Position numbers and translations under genes: made by a program. Shown one piece after another: positions 50,128 to 63,562 of a stretch of DNA of 64,000 nucleotides. The notes under the pieces are model-generated. The model searched no databases. It was not told where the DNA came from and saw nothing but the letters and a program-made list of their open reading frames with translations. Each line of letters starts with the position of its first letter. Within the stretch, counting starts at the first letter, position 1. The stretch spans positions 4,092,001 through 4,156,000 of the forward strand of contig OX638163.1 of NCBI GenBank assembly GCA_951804945.1, read 5' to 3'. Source of the stretch: Podarcis cretensis (Eukaryota).

Positions 50128-51023
50128 GTAAGTCAAGCCTATTTTCCTTGCTGCTCCCCAATGCCCCTTGTCTTTCATACCCCTACATATTTTATTCAAG
50201 GGAGAATAAGTTATCTTCTGCTAGGGATGCTGGATAAATTAGATCCTGCTTGCGTTTTATGGAGAAACCACCTAATCCACACTTCTTGAACCAGTACAAA
50301 AACTGCTACCCTTTGAAGTTGTCCAGCACTTGTCCAGCTTTTTCTATGCAGTTCTCCAACCAAACAAGGTGTTCAAAAATACATCTATAAGAAGGAAATG
50401 TAATGGAAACAACATCCAAAAATGTATTAAGTTGGAGAAAATCGCTTCCAAAAAATGGTCACATTAGTCAAAACTGCAGGCAAAATTCTGTTTATTGGGG
50501 AAAATTCACTCCAAAATGCTGATGGATTTTTATGAGGAAATCATGGGTTGTTGTGTAAATTTGGAAAACTGAATTTAAGATAAGAAAAAACTGGAACTAG
50601 AAATTGTCAGATTCATACTCCCCTCTCTTCCCATCAGTGCTACATCTGAATATTTGCTTGTGAGTGAGCTCTGTGATTTGTTGTTTGAGTGATCAGGTCA
50701 AATTTGTTAAGGAAAAAAAGAAGGCAAAACCCTGAAACTGAACTGTGGGCGGGTAAAAGAATTTTATAGACTAGTAATAAGATGGAAGTTTTTCTTTAAA
50801 GACAAGGAAATAAAGAGAGGAATAAACCACATTACAGATTATTAAATATTGTTTGATTCTAACTCCCATAAGGGCCAGTCAGCATGGGTGGCAGCAGCCG
50901 CAGGGAGTATTGGGAGTTGTAGTCTAGCAGTATCTGGTGAGCTGTGAGGGTTCCCTGTGCCTGAACGATCCATTTTGTTGGGTTACGGTGATGTTTTTGA
51001 TTAATCTGGTTGTTAATTGATTA

Positions 51024-51230
51024 CAGTGGATGCTCGGGTTGCGAACATGATCCATTCGGGATGCACGTTCGCAACCCGTGTCTGCGCACGCGCGGGTTGC
51101 AATTTGGTGCTTCTGTGCATGCACAAAGCGCGATTTAGCGCTTCTGCACATGCGCGATCATCGAAACCCGGAAGTAACCTGCAACCCGAAAAAGTGCAAC
51201 CTGAAGCGGCTGTAACCCGAGGTGTGACTG
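51024..51230. mobile_element. Tc1/mariner MITE
   Basis: TA|CAGTGGATGCTCGGGTTGC ... GTAACCCGAGGTGTGACTG|TA. Confidence 0.75.
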
Positions 51231-51764
51231 TATATGTATTTATTGAGTATTAAACTGAGCTGCCTGAAAAACATGGTTGATTGAGGAGTATACAAATGCC
51301 ATAAATAACAGTGCAGTCCTAACCATGTCTACTCAGAAGTAAGCCCTAATGAATCGGTTAACTATTGCTTAACTAGCTACGGCCCAACCCACTTGCACAA
51401 CGCAAATGTCCACAGCATTTTACCTAAGGGCTACAGAACCTTTTACATCCTGAAGGCCGCATCCTGCCATAGGCAGCTTTCTGTGGGCTGTGTTGCCAGT
51501 GGCAGATGGGGCCAGAGAGCAACATGAGTAGGATCTGAATCAAAAGTGGGTAGCACCAAATGGGGGCCTGTTACATTTGATCAGTAGTTTACATCCCAGC
51601 CATGCAAAACTAAAGGTTCTGCACCCACTGAACACACACACACACACAGTTGGTCCATCCTACATCCAAGCCAATAGGAGCCTCTGTTCAAAGACACAGT
51701 TCAGCCAAGTTGTGAAGTAGAGACTGTGAGGTGAGTGGTCTGGCGAGCATCCCAAGGGCAAGAT

Positions 51765-52283
51765 CATAGAATCATAGAATCACAGAATCATAGAGTTGGA
51801 AGAGACCACAAGGGCCATCGAGTCCAACCCCCTGCCAAGCAGGAAACACCATCAGAGCACTCCTGACATATGGTTGTCAAGCCTCTGCTTAAAGACCTCC
51901 AAAGAAGGAGACTCCACCACACTCCTTGGCAGCAAATTCCACTGTCGAACAGCTCTTACTGTCAGGAAGTTCTTCCTAATGTTTAGGTGGAATCTTCTTT
52001 CTTGTAGTTTGGAGCCATTGCTCCGTGTCCGCTTCTCTGGAGCAGCAGAAAACAACCTTTCTCCCTCCTCTATGTGACATCCTTTTATATATTTGAACAT
52101 GGCTATCATATCACCCCTTAACCTCCTCTTCTCCAGGCTAAATATGCCCAGCTCCCTTAGCCGTTCCTCATAAGGCATCGTTTCCAGGCCTTTGACCATT
52201 TTGGTTGCCCTCCTCTGGACACGCTCCAGTTTGTCAGTGTCCTTCTTGAACTGTGGTGCCCAGAACTGGACACAGTACTCCAA
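51765..52283 (-). mobile_element. CR1 LINE 3' fragment with intact ORF2 C-terminus
   Basis: ORF 51852-52283 [33 protein letters not shown]...FKQRLDNHM; (ATTCTATG)n tail; CAAGAT on both flanks. Confidence 0.95.
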
Positions 52284-52498
52284 GATAGGGAGGTCTTGAG
52301 GGCTACATTTGGCTCATGGACTGGAGTGTCTCCCTCCATCCTCCCATACCTACACTTTATAACAAATTTCCCATTTCAGATACGCTCATCTAACTTAGGT
52401 CTTGCTTTTTAAAAAATAATGGAACTCAAACATTTTGGAGTCCTGATGTGACCCCATCCTGTAAGCAAGTTACCTCCACATTTTTCTTGTTTTACCAG

Positions 52499-52552
52499 GG
52501 TCCTGCTGGAGTTCGTGGATCCCCAGGATCAAGAGGTTCAAAAGGTCGTCGG
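52499..52552 (+). CDS. COL27A1: Collagen exon P, 54 bp: GPAGVRGSPGSRGSKGRR
   Basis: taccag|GGT...CGG|gtaagt. Confidence 0.95.
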
Positions 52553-55500
52553 GTAAGTTGTGGCTAAATTTGTAAAGTTGCCTGTTGATAATTTTTCCTT
52601 TAATGTCCCAAAGAAGAAATTGCAGTGGGGCATTGCATGCAGTAAAAATATTACTAAGGATGGCGGAAAATGGTGATATGGGCTTTTGTGTGTGTGCATG
52701 TAGCAGTTGGGTGGAATTGCTGATTTGTTTGTTTGTTCATAAAATCATTTGTGCTTTGCCTGCTGGTCCTCAAGAAGACCCCATAGCAGCTTACAGCATT
52801 AAAACCATAGGGCATTTCCAGGTAGACCTCTTATAGTAAGGTTACCAGACGTCCCCATTTCCTGGGGGCAGTCCCCAGATTTACAAATCAGCCCCCATAC
52901 AAAACCCATTGAAGTTGAAACGTGTCCCTGGATTCATTGGAAAAAATCTTATAAGTGTCTTCTTTACAATTTCTTTTTAATGGAGCATCCAGAATCAGCA
53001 TCCTTTCGCAATCATCTCGTGCCTTTGCCTTCTTTCACTGATTTGCTTTCTGTTAATGGGGGAAATCCAACTTTTATGCAAGATCTGGAGCAGCAATGCA
53101 TCAAATCTTAATTGTTAGTGTGTCTTTATGCTTTTAGCCCTAAGGTTTCTGATGGGTGTGGTTTTTACTTGGCTGATGATGTTTTTAGATGCTATCCTCT
53201 AACTTCAACTCCTTCTGGGTGCTCCTCACCTGATTGCACCTATGCCACTTCGTTTCAGTCTATTTATAACTGTCAAACGTCTACTACAGATAATTTTCAG
53301 AAGAGTGCTTTGCTAAGGACCTCCAAACAGGAAATCTGGACAAGTTCCCACAGATTATTGTTTTAAGATATATATTGGAAGTCTTCTGGAATCCTTGTAT
53401 CTCTTTATAACAAGCCGCCATAACAAACGCTTCTAATATTCAGTATTAGGAAGTACCTGCTAGTACCATTGTATGTATGCCTTTTATGGAACACGTAGGC
53501 TGTTTTTGTACATTGCACAATGCAGATTACAGTGTGCATGTATTGGCTGTAGGTCTGTTTACCTTAAACAGTCAGGCAGCATTGCAGCCTGGCTGAAGGG
53601 GAGATTGTAGCTTCTTCCTGCCCCCTCCTTGGTTAAGGGTATCCCGTTAAAGGGAACCGTGGAGAGTTGCTTCAGTTTGACTGCCAGACTGGGACTAGAG
53701 CCATAGAACTCCTTTAATGAGGACCCCTTGGGGGTACCCCTATTTGATGTAAGCCTTAGTGCCCCCCATGTTGTGGTTTACCCTTAGATACACTCCCAGC
53801 AGATGGGCTGGAGTTAATTAAATGGCTTCACCCAATGCCTATTACAAACCATTTTCATCTGTATCCGATAAAGCAGTGGCCTGTTTGAACCCACTGTCTA
53901 GTTTGGTTATTTCATATTGTCTAGTATGGTTATTTCATCATATAGGGAATGACTGGGTCACAGGGCCTTGGCACACAAGTTCCTGTCCTGCAAGGGTAGC
54001 TAACTCCTTCCACCCCAGCCAGCATGGCCAATGATCAGGGATGGCAGGAGCTGCCATTCAACAACATCTGAATTTGTGATTTCTAAGTCTCATCTAGAGA
54101 CCCTCCTTCTCACAACCATTCTTGCCTGGGTCAGAACAGAGGCAAGGTGAGCCTGCAGGTTGCAACAATGAAGAGGTACTCATGCCAGTTGGCCCCTTTC
54201 TGGTGTGGAGCATTGGCAGATATCTGGCTGTGCTGACCCTTGACGCCAGCTCCAATTTTGTGGATGCTGTAGGTAGGGGCATGGTTTCTCCTTAGGCGCT
54301 CAGTAACTCTCTTTGGGAATCTGGAATGGAGGTTGCTGTTCTACATAATATTACCACGCTGGGACCAATGAGACTTCAGAACTGACAGTTCCAAATTTCA
54401 TGGAGGATTGTGGGAAGATCCAGATTGAAAAGATGCGTAGGCCTTGAATTCAGCTGAGCACTGCCTTTTGTCAAATTGCCTGTGGTTCTTGTTGTGAGGG
54501 AGAGCAAGCCACAGTGGCTTCAGCCCACAATGCCAAATATCTGCTAGTTTGGATACCAGCTGGAAGAAAATCCATCTTTAGGTTTCCCATTCATCAGATT
54601 TGGCACAAAGACAGGAAGGGGCTGGCTTATGTGTCACAAAGCAGTTGTTCCTTCAAATGGCAGCCCAAGCTGTTAAACCTGCAAGCAAATCTTTAGTTGA
54701 TATAAATATATCTGTTTTAAAATTGATTCAAGCTTCTATCCCTGCCACGAGTTAGTGAAGATTAGAATTTACAAACAGCATTATATTACACAGTTCTACG
54801 TATTCACCTTTAAAATGTGGCGATGTGAACCAAACTTATAGTTTTGCTTTTATGTCTGTATTTAAGAGCTTGGTTGGAACAAATACAAATTTACAATATC
54901 TAGCCTGGCTTTGCTGTTGTCCTGGATCTGAAACCAGAGATGAAGAAGTGTGTGTATTCAAGGTCAGAGGAGTGGGGGAAAGTTTGGCTCAAAGATCTGG
55001 AGGCACTCAAGTTACCATGCAAACAAGAGCTAGGAGCTTATTGTTTTCAGAGAAGTTAAAGAATTGCCTGCAATTACATGCAGGAATTATTTAAAGCTCC
55101 CAGAGTGGCTTACAAAAATCAGGAGTAAGACAGTCCCTGCCATCAGGCTTACAATCAAAAAATACATGACACAAGAGGGAAAAGGGAGGAGGAGGGAAGA
55201 GGAGAGAAGCAAGATTGGGCACCAATTCTTTAAGTTATAGCTCTTACAGCATAGTTCTGTTGACACTGATTCTGGCTGCCTTAGACAGCAACCCTTCTCT
55301 ATAAGAACTCCTCACAATCAGATATAAGAGCTGAGCAGCTAAATTTGTTTGGACTAGAAAGGCTGGGCTGTTCCTCCCACACAGTTTCCTTTTATCAAAC
55401 AGCTGATTTGCTAGTATTTAGAGTCCTGCAGTTTACTTTCGTGCAGTAAATGAAATTTATAGGCCACCTTGTAGACTCAATGGCTCTCAAGGCAGTCTAT

Positions 55501-55585
55501 AAAAGCCTTGATGTCTCTCAAGATGGAACATGAACTAAAGCAACACACAAGTTGTAAAATAAGTTACTGGCACCAGCAAGAGACG

Positions 55586-55588
<3 letters not shown>

Positions 55589-55638
<50 letters not shown>
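55589..55638. repeat. (GT)25 microsatellite
   Basis: Perfect dinucleotide run. Confidence 0.98.
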
Positions 55639-55640
<2 letters not shown>

Positions 55641-58222
55641 TTATTAGGGCTGGGTGAATTGTCATATTCGGTGTTTCTCATTTTTTCTAGTCTTAAGTCC
55701 ATTTTTTATAGATTTCCACATCAATTTATGATTTCTAAGTCCTCGTGAAAGTTCTGGGGGTGGGGGCATCTTATTCCTCAACAGAGCTCTTGGCGTAGAG
55801 AAGTAGCCAGTAGATTTTCTCCTTGTATTTCTAGAGGTTGTGAAAACTAAACAACACCCATTTTTGCATGAGAGGAGCCAATGACATGCAGAGAGCCATC
55901 ACCGTTGAGTGGGAATTGATGGAAAATTCTTCCATAGCAACCTGCCCTGGGGCAGAACTAATCTCCACTCATTAGCGTGGAAATCTCCAGTGCTCTGTGC
56001 CACACAGAAGCAGCGAAGCCAAGAGGAAGAACCTCTTAAGCATCCCATTCTGGAGCACCAGACTCCCTCCTTCTTGATTTCTCTCTGCCTTGCCACCCCA
56101 CACCCCAAGCCAAGCCTGTGCTTACAGCAGCCAATTCTCTGCAACTGCAATATTGTGCTACCTCTGCCAAAAGGCCCCAGATTGTGCAGGGTTCCCTCCA
56201 CTCGCCTTCCTTTCCAGCTCAGGCTGAGCAAAGCAGGCAACTGGTGAGGCGTGGCGCCAGCGGCAAAGCTTTCCGGCTGCCCTCGCCCCAGAAGCTGTCA
56301 GAGCCACTTAATTTTGGAAAGCTGCTCTCCCAACCAACCACCGATTTCTCTAAAAAATAATAATGCTATTTTAATGAGGTGGAAATAAGGCAGTTAAAGA
56401 CTTTAGAAAGACCAGCGGGACTTTTCACTTTAGCAGAGTGAAAAGCTGGGTCCTGAATGAGTTCAGCTCTCTTCATGCTCTGGGTGGCCAGATCCACTCT
56501 GGCCTGGAGCGGATGAAGCACTTCTGGAGGCCCTGCTGTTAAATTAGGGTCACTGTTGATCATTGTGCTCATGAAATCAAGGCTGAACAACGCACTAAGG
56601 GCCAAGCTACAGGTGACATTATTCACATGTTTAAACAATTGTGCTTAACTTGGCTTTTACTGTGACCCAAACGCCTGGTCCATCCATCATGCGTAAAGCT
56701 TTCCTGTAGGTTAATCTTTCAAATAGGCTTATGGCAGTTATTAGCCAACAAAGAAATGCTACTATTGCCTTCTAGGGAGAGAGTGCTCTGTCACTGTTCC
56801 ATAAGGGTGTAGGAAGCTGCAGACTGATTCCACAAGAAACAGCTGTCTTGAAGCATGGTATGATCTATCTGGGCTCTTACATTCTTTGATGGAGCATAAG
56901 TGGGGAATCCTTTTCTGCCTGAAGGCCATGTTCCTTTCTGGGCAACTTTCTAAGGGCCACATACCAGTGGTGGGGTAGGCAAGAAGCAAGAGTGGGCTGA
57001 GCAACTAATGCGAATTTTACCTTTGTACAGTAGGCTAGTTTCTACACATACCAGGAAACCCCTTCTTTATAGTCCGTTACTGCATCTCATAATGAAATGG
57101 TACTGTGCTGCAGCCATGTTTGGGCTCCAGGTTTGAGAAGGCCCTCTGGGAAAATGTGTTCTGGTCAGCCCCTTCATATATTGAAGGGCTTCCCATTGGC
57201 TTATCTGCCAGTGGCAGCAACAGCTGCACTGTGATTTGCACTGATTTTAAATACCCATAATGCATCACTCCAAGGCACTGGTGGAAATTTAAATGGATTC
57301 TTCTGCTTAGTAACCACCATTTAAATTTCCATTCAGGGATGTTATGCTTTGTGAGAATGACAGTTGACTTCCAGACCCATCTGTTTGGGATTGGGTACAT
57401 TTGAGAAAACAACTGTTCTAACAGTGAAGAACAAACAGATTGCATTTGTACAGATTAATGTAATACTGGATAAATAAAATTTCATTTGATTATTATGAAA
57501 GGTTGCACCCTATTTTTTCATGAATACTGGGTGGTTTCTTGTGATAGTCCAAACAACCCATGTGTTCCATGAACATTTGCCACATGTAGTATAATGAAAA
57601 TGGACTGTGCTTGCCTCTAGCCACTCTGACCTGGAACATCAATTTTTCAGCCAGTGCTATGGACCATACTAGCATGCCAAGAGTCAGTGTTAAGACCAGC
57701 CCCAGTTTTCCACCCATGCCACTGGTAACAGAGAAGCTATCATTGTTAGGATAACCTTGAGCAGGTGTGATTCTAAGCCCAAGTATTGCCCGTGCAGGAG
57801 ACTTTTCAATTGTGATGTTGCATATCAAGCTGATTTACTTGAAGGGATGGGGTCAGTAGTGAGAATAGTGGGGAGCTGGGGGTCTGGACAGCTACCTAAG
57901 GTTTCTAGATTATAGTATTGACCTGGGATTAAAGATGAGTGAAAAATTGGATTCCATTCACATTTAAATGTGAAACTATCAAATTTTCATATTCTGAAAC
58001 TATATGTGGACTGAAATGCTGCCTTTCTTCAAAACTCTCTGCTCTCCAGTGTTTGCAGTGCTGTTCTCCAGGCATATAATGTGCACAAAACTGCATACTA
58101 AAGTGTGCATATTAGTGAAAACAACATGAAAAAAGGGGGATGACATTACAAAAATGTGTATGACATGCATATCATAATGTGGTGAAATTCACAAAATACT
58201 GGGGAATTTTCATGACACCCTC

Positions 58223-58304
58223 TTTCCTTCCTTCCTTCCTTCCTTCCTTCCTTCCTTCCTTCCTTCCTTCCTTCCTTCTTTCTTTCTTTCTTTCTTTCTT
58301 TCTT
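58223..58304. repeat. Compound (TTCC)n(TTTC)n microsatellite
   Basis: Polypyrimidine tetranucleotide runs. Confidence 0.95.
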
Positions 58305-61300
58305 GGCACTCATGTTTCAGCAAGGATTGCATTCTGTGATTCTGGTGCCACCAGTGAAAAGGCCCACCTCTGTGTCCCCCACAAGCCAATAGGCTTTAAT
58401 TAACCTCCCACATGCCCAGTAAAATTGTTACAGGATGAGCAACATGTGTTGCATGCTTAAGCAGCTCTGCCCTAACCAACCTCACCCTAATCATCTCATG
58501 TGAACAAGCCTTTAATTTCATCGTCATTCTTTTCCTTTTCGTTTTGGTTTTGTTAAGTTTCTGAGGGGCAGTAATTCCAGATCCTGTCCTCTTCAGCATG
58601 CCCTGTGTTTCTGATCCCACATCCAAGGATGTAATTCAAATCAGAATGGAAAGACATTAATGCAGCTTTTTGCCAGATGCATGTGGATTCTGTCAGGGTT
58701 TAATTTCGGTTTTGAAGGCAAGACTAATGGCTGATCTGGTTTTGATTGAAAAGAACAATGGAGATTTTTAGGGGTCTCTGCTTAAATGTTTATAGTTATT
58801 AGACTGAGAAAACACCGTGTAAACTTCTGGGGGGAGGGGACAGAAACAACCTTTTAGATAAATATACCTCCTGATAGAAGAATATAATTTTGTTCCGATT
58901 TAGTTGAGGCGTTTCCATTCCCTCTTAGAAAAAAAAAGTTTTATTTTGTGTGGTTTTTTTGTTTAAAAAACTAATATAGGAAGTCAATTTTTGTTCCATT
59001 CTTCACAAATACCTTTCCTCCCCTTTTGGATGAGTCCCAGATTTTCAGCAAAATGATTTAATCTAAGGATTAATTTTAAACACATGCCAAAGACTGCTCC
59101 TGCCCTCTACACATGCACCAAATCCTCTCTGGAATTAAGTCCATATGTGTTGGGGTTCAGGATTAGATTCCCTGGTTGGATGCAACTCTGAGCCACTTCA
59201 TGAATGGGGAACTTGGGTTATATACCTAGGGCTACAGCTGATGGGAGCCAGAGTCCATCAACATCTGGAGTGGCCACAGCTCCCCCACTCCTCGTCCGTG
59301 TTGTTAATAGAACTGGTTCTTAATCTGCCATTTTCTGGGGAGAGAATCCATAGCTTTCATCAGTTTCTCAAAGAAATCCATGACCCAATAAAAGTTGAGA
59401 ATGGCTGGACTTGAAAATCTTATGCAATTTCAATTTGGCCTTCTCTCTTGTGGCCTTTTAGCAGTCCTTAACAATTTATTTATTTTCTACTCAGCTTTTT
59501 ATAGACTGCGTTGCTGGTTCTCATTTATATAATTTTAATCAGATGCTAGTTTTATTACATGCTAGCATATTCCATTGTTGTATTATGCTTTGCAGTTTTC
59601 CTTGCAAGCCTCTTCCTGTGATGGCTAGGGTGGTCATTTGTCCTGCTTTGCAGAGGAAAGTCTTCTGTTTGAAAGCATCTCTGTCTGAAAGACTCTCCTC
59701 CAGCCAAGTGTTGTGTAAAGATAAAGGGGTAGTTTCCAACTAAGTTCTGTTCAGAGCAGACCCACTGAATTAATGAATCCAAGTTAGTTGTGGCCATTTG
59801 TTTCAATGGATTATATCCAACAATAGTCCTACTCAGAGTAGGCCCATTGAAGTTAATATATGTGACCAACTTCTGTCCATTACTTCCAGTCTGCTCTGAC
59901 TAGGACTTAGTTGGATACAACTCAATGAGTCTACCCTGAGTAGCACCATCACTGGATATAATCCAGAATCTTTCAGCCATAAAATGCTTGGGTAGGCAAG
60001 AATGTTTTCAGCTTCTCCTGAATGTCAATGATGAACAGAAAGGAATTATCCTTGTGAAGACCCTGTCATGGGTGAATACCAACCTGGCAGTCCCCAGTGG
60101 TGTCACTGCCAATAGGACCTTCCCTGCCAATTGCAGGGCCTGAGATAGTTAATACTGGGGAAGGTGTTCTTTTAGGTTTTGGGTCCCAATACCATTTAAG
60201 GCTTTGTGTGCTATTTCTAACACATTGAACTGAGCCAAAGTAGCTAATTGATAGCCACTTCTGATGAAAAGCATTACATTACAACACACTAAATAAATGG
60301 ATAAAGCATTAATAATTATGTTGTTGTTAGTGTATTAATTTATACACTGCTTAATGCCAAAATAGGCTTCTTAGCAGTTTACAAAGTAAAAATATAATAA
60401 TTACTGCCTCTTTTAGTTGCTCTGAAACTACCTAGAAGGAAGCAGGGGGATAAGGAAAAACTTCTGAAAGCTAAGATAAACAAGAAGGAAAAGAACAAGA
60501 GGAGAGGAACTCTGATGAGATGGAGGGATGGGGCAGTTTCAGGAGTTGTTGTGGGCCACATGCCACCTACCTGTGACCTGGAGGACCAGAATCTTAGGTA
60601 TATGTTTACTCCATCTTATGGGCACGCCAGTCTTATATCTCCCAGAAGATTTTGCCACTGAAACAGTTTGTTAACTATGGACTAGTTCCATCACATAGCA
60701 AGGAACACGTCATAACCTTTTAAATATATTTCTGGAAGTTGGTGCAATTTTTGGAGGGCCTCCTGGCTGCTGATGGGCCATTTCCTGGCCCAGGGCCGCC
60801 ATTTCTCTAGTTCATCTGTGACTGCCACTGTCAGCTAACAGAGGTTTCACAGGCTTCAACTAATTGGTGCAATGTTGCCTCTAGGATATTGCACCTAGGA
60901 GGTAGGAACAGGTAGAACTTGTTCATAGTCATATCCTAAATGCAAACAGAAAGATGTTCACAGTGTGAGGTCTGTGGTTGATAAAATGGACAGTGAAGGG
61001 ATTAGTTCAGTTTACACTTTGAAGAGGACTGCTGTGTTAGGCATGGCGGAGAGCAGCTGCATTAAAGTTACAGCATTTCAGTTGCTTCTATAGTTGTTGG
61101 CAGCATTAGGTGTACCTCATCAGGGTGTTTGGCCTTTGCATCCTGTGGTTTTTCCAGTATTTTGTACTACAGAGTACAGTGCAATCACATCTTAGGTGCA
61201 ATGAACTTCTGCGATTTCAACTTTGTGTGGTTGAAAGCTGTCCAATTAAACCCCCACAAAATAAGCTATCTGATTAAAACTCTTGGATGCAAGGGCGAGA

Positions 61301-61591
61301 GCTTAAAAGCTCCTTTCTCACCAAGTTTTTCCAGCACAGGAAGAGCTTTGAATCTCTCCCCTTTGCTTACTGGGCTCAGGGATGCTCTTGCATTTAACCA
61401 CCACAACAATCCTCTTAGGAGATAGGTAAGGCTGAGAGGCAGTGACTGGTCCAAGGTGAAAGCTTCATGGCCAAGTGTGGATTTGAACCCCGGTCTCCCA
61501 GGACCTAGTTCAATACTCTAACCACTGCACCTAACTGATGCTAGTGAAATTCAGTTAAAATGCCTATTGCCTGCTTGGAAACTAAAATAGT

Positions 61592-62313
61592 TCTTGGTGT
61601 CCATCTGGCTTGAGAGACAATGGAGTGTTCCTCCAAGGGTGAAGTCAAACGGCTGTGTTAGCACCACCAAAGGGACCTCCCTGGGGCGCAAGCCTGAGCA
61701 GTGGGTATGGAGGTCCTGAGCTCAACTCTTGGAATTGCTGATGTGGTCCAAATGAAAGCAGAGCAATACATCTGGCGCCACCTTGGCTGCAGGAGTTGCC
61801 AGAGGGAGGCATACAAAGCACCTTTCAATCGTCTTAGGAACCCCTCTGCAGATTTGTATAGGGTTTACTCCTTAGCCTTTTGTTCCCCCAAAAAACATTC
61901 CACAAAGCAGTGGAGGTTTAGGATCAGAGTTTTCTTTCTCCTGGATGGACTACCTTCCCAGGCTGATGAGCCCCATCTGCCCCTCATTTCCCTCTACAGC
62001 ACATGCAGAAACTGCCTTCTTGACTGCTAGACCACCTCTTGGTCTCATCCGCTCAATCCGCTGCCGCCTGTCTTTGCATGCAGGGGAAGTCTGTAACTCA
62101 CCTGGGGTTGGAGAGCCATCTGCTTCCCTCACCTTGTTTAGCTGGCCAGTTGAAGCCATTCCTGGGGTGTGGCCGCTGCCACATGCTAACAGGACAGCTT
62201 CTAGGAGCCACAGGTGAGCACTGAGTGCAGAGCAAGGACCAAAGGAGGGCAAACTACCTTAGAAGGAGCATGACTGACCCCCACCAGAGATACTACCCCT
62301 CCCCCAACACTCC
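61592..62313 (-). mobile_element. Non-autonomous, probably RTE-related retroelement with an HDV-like ribozyme fold at its 5' end
   Basis: Degenerate 13-bp TSD aaactaaaatagt (61579-61591) / aaagggaaatagt (62314-62326); no credible ORF; RTE-like 3' end cactccattgtctctcaagccagatggacaccaaga (family from recall). Confidence 0.65.
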
Positions 62314-63562
62314 AAAGGGAAATAGTAAATAAGTAAGTAATCTATTGAAAGGGGCAGGAAGAAGGACTTGGGACTATCATGCGTATGATGATATGCCTTT
62401 CGTGCTTTATCAGTGGCATAGTAATGCCAAATGAGACGCAGAATTGTTGGGACTTCCCAGCCCTTCCTTACCCTGTGTGATAGATTGCTGGATTCCCCTG
62501 ATGTGTGATTCATCAGAGTACCAGTTATCTTAAAGGGATGGGGGTAAGTAGCTTCAGATTTTGTGTGACAGGAGATAGCTGCTGCCCTACCATCTGGAGC
62601 CAAGTCATCAGTCCCACCTGCCAGTTAAAACAAACAAATAAGTAAATAAAGTGCAGGATCTCTGCATTTACAACTGCCTCCTGTCCACCAAGCTTTCAGC
62701 TGTTTGGGCTCCTGCTGCGATCTTGCCATCACAGATTGGCCAGGAGTTCCTGCTTTGCTTTAAAAAAATATAAATAAAACAAAAAAGGACATTGACAGGG
62801 TTTTGCTTGCTGTAGCAGTTTGGCTGTCTTCCCCGCTGCACATCTTATGCAGTTACACTACCGCTCTGTGTGACTCTTCCTCTCTCTCATACTGTACTCG
62901 CTTTGGTCAGTGTTGGCTCTCAGTTTTGTTGGCTCCAAGTCTGCATCATGATTATCGCGTTTGGCTCCACTTTTCTTTCCTCTTTCCCCTCTCCCATTTC
63001 CTTGCTGGCCCACCTCTCCTCTCCTCTCCTTCTTTCCTCCCGGCTGATTTGCATGTTACAGTCAGCTGCTGATCTGTCTGCTTAAGAGCTTGCATGAGTG
63101 GGCAGCTTGCATGAGCTGTACTGTGTGTGGGAGGAAAATGAAGCTGGACTAGGGATTTCCATTTCCAAGTGCTCCCAACCCCACTATTCACAGAAGTCTA
63201 GTGTTGCACAATCACGCCTGTCTTGCATGTGGTGTGTAGTGGTTCAGAGTGTTGTACTAGGACCAGGGAATTTCAGATTCAAATCCCTGCAAGGCCAAGA
63301 ACCTTACTAGGTAGTATGGGGCCAGTCTCAAACTCTCAGCCTAGCCTACCTCATAGGGTTGTTCTGAGAAGAAAATGGTGAAAGAAGAACTACTTAAAGG
63401 AGTAGTAAGATAAAAATTATGGGGTTGTACCCAACTAAATTCTGTTCAGACTCATTAAAGTTAATGTACCTGTTAGTAATATACATCAGTTTCAATGGGT
63501 ATACTCTTGAGTAGGACTAACATTGGATACCACCCATAAATAATATTGGCCATTATAATATA

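Noticed and set aside
252-63310. ORF-track entries as independent genes
   Set aside because: Short, often non-ATG, overlapping repeats or introns, with no recognisable domains except TE remnants and collagen exon fragments
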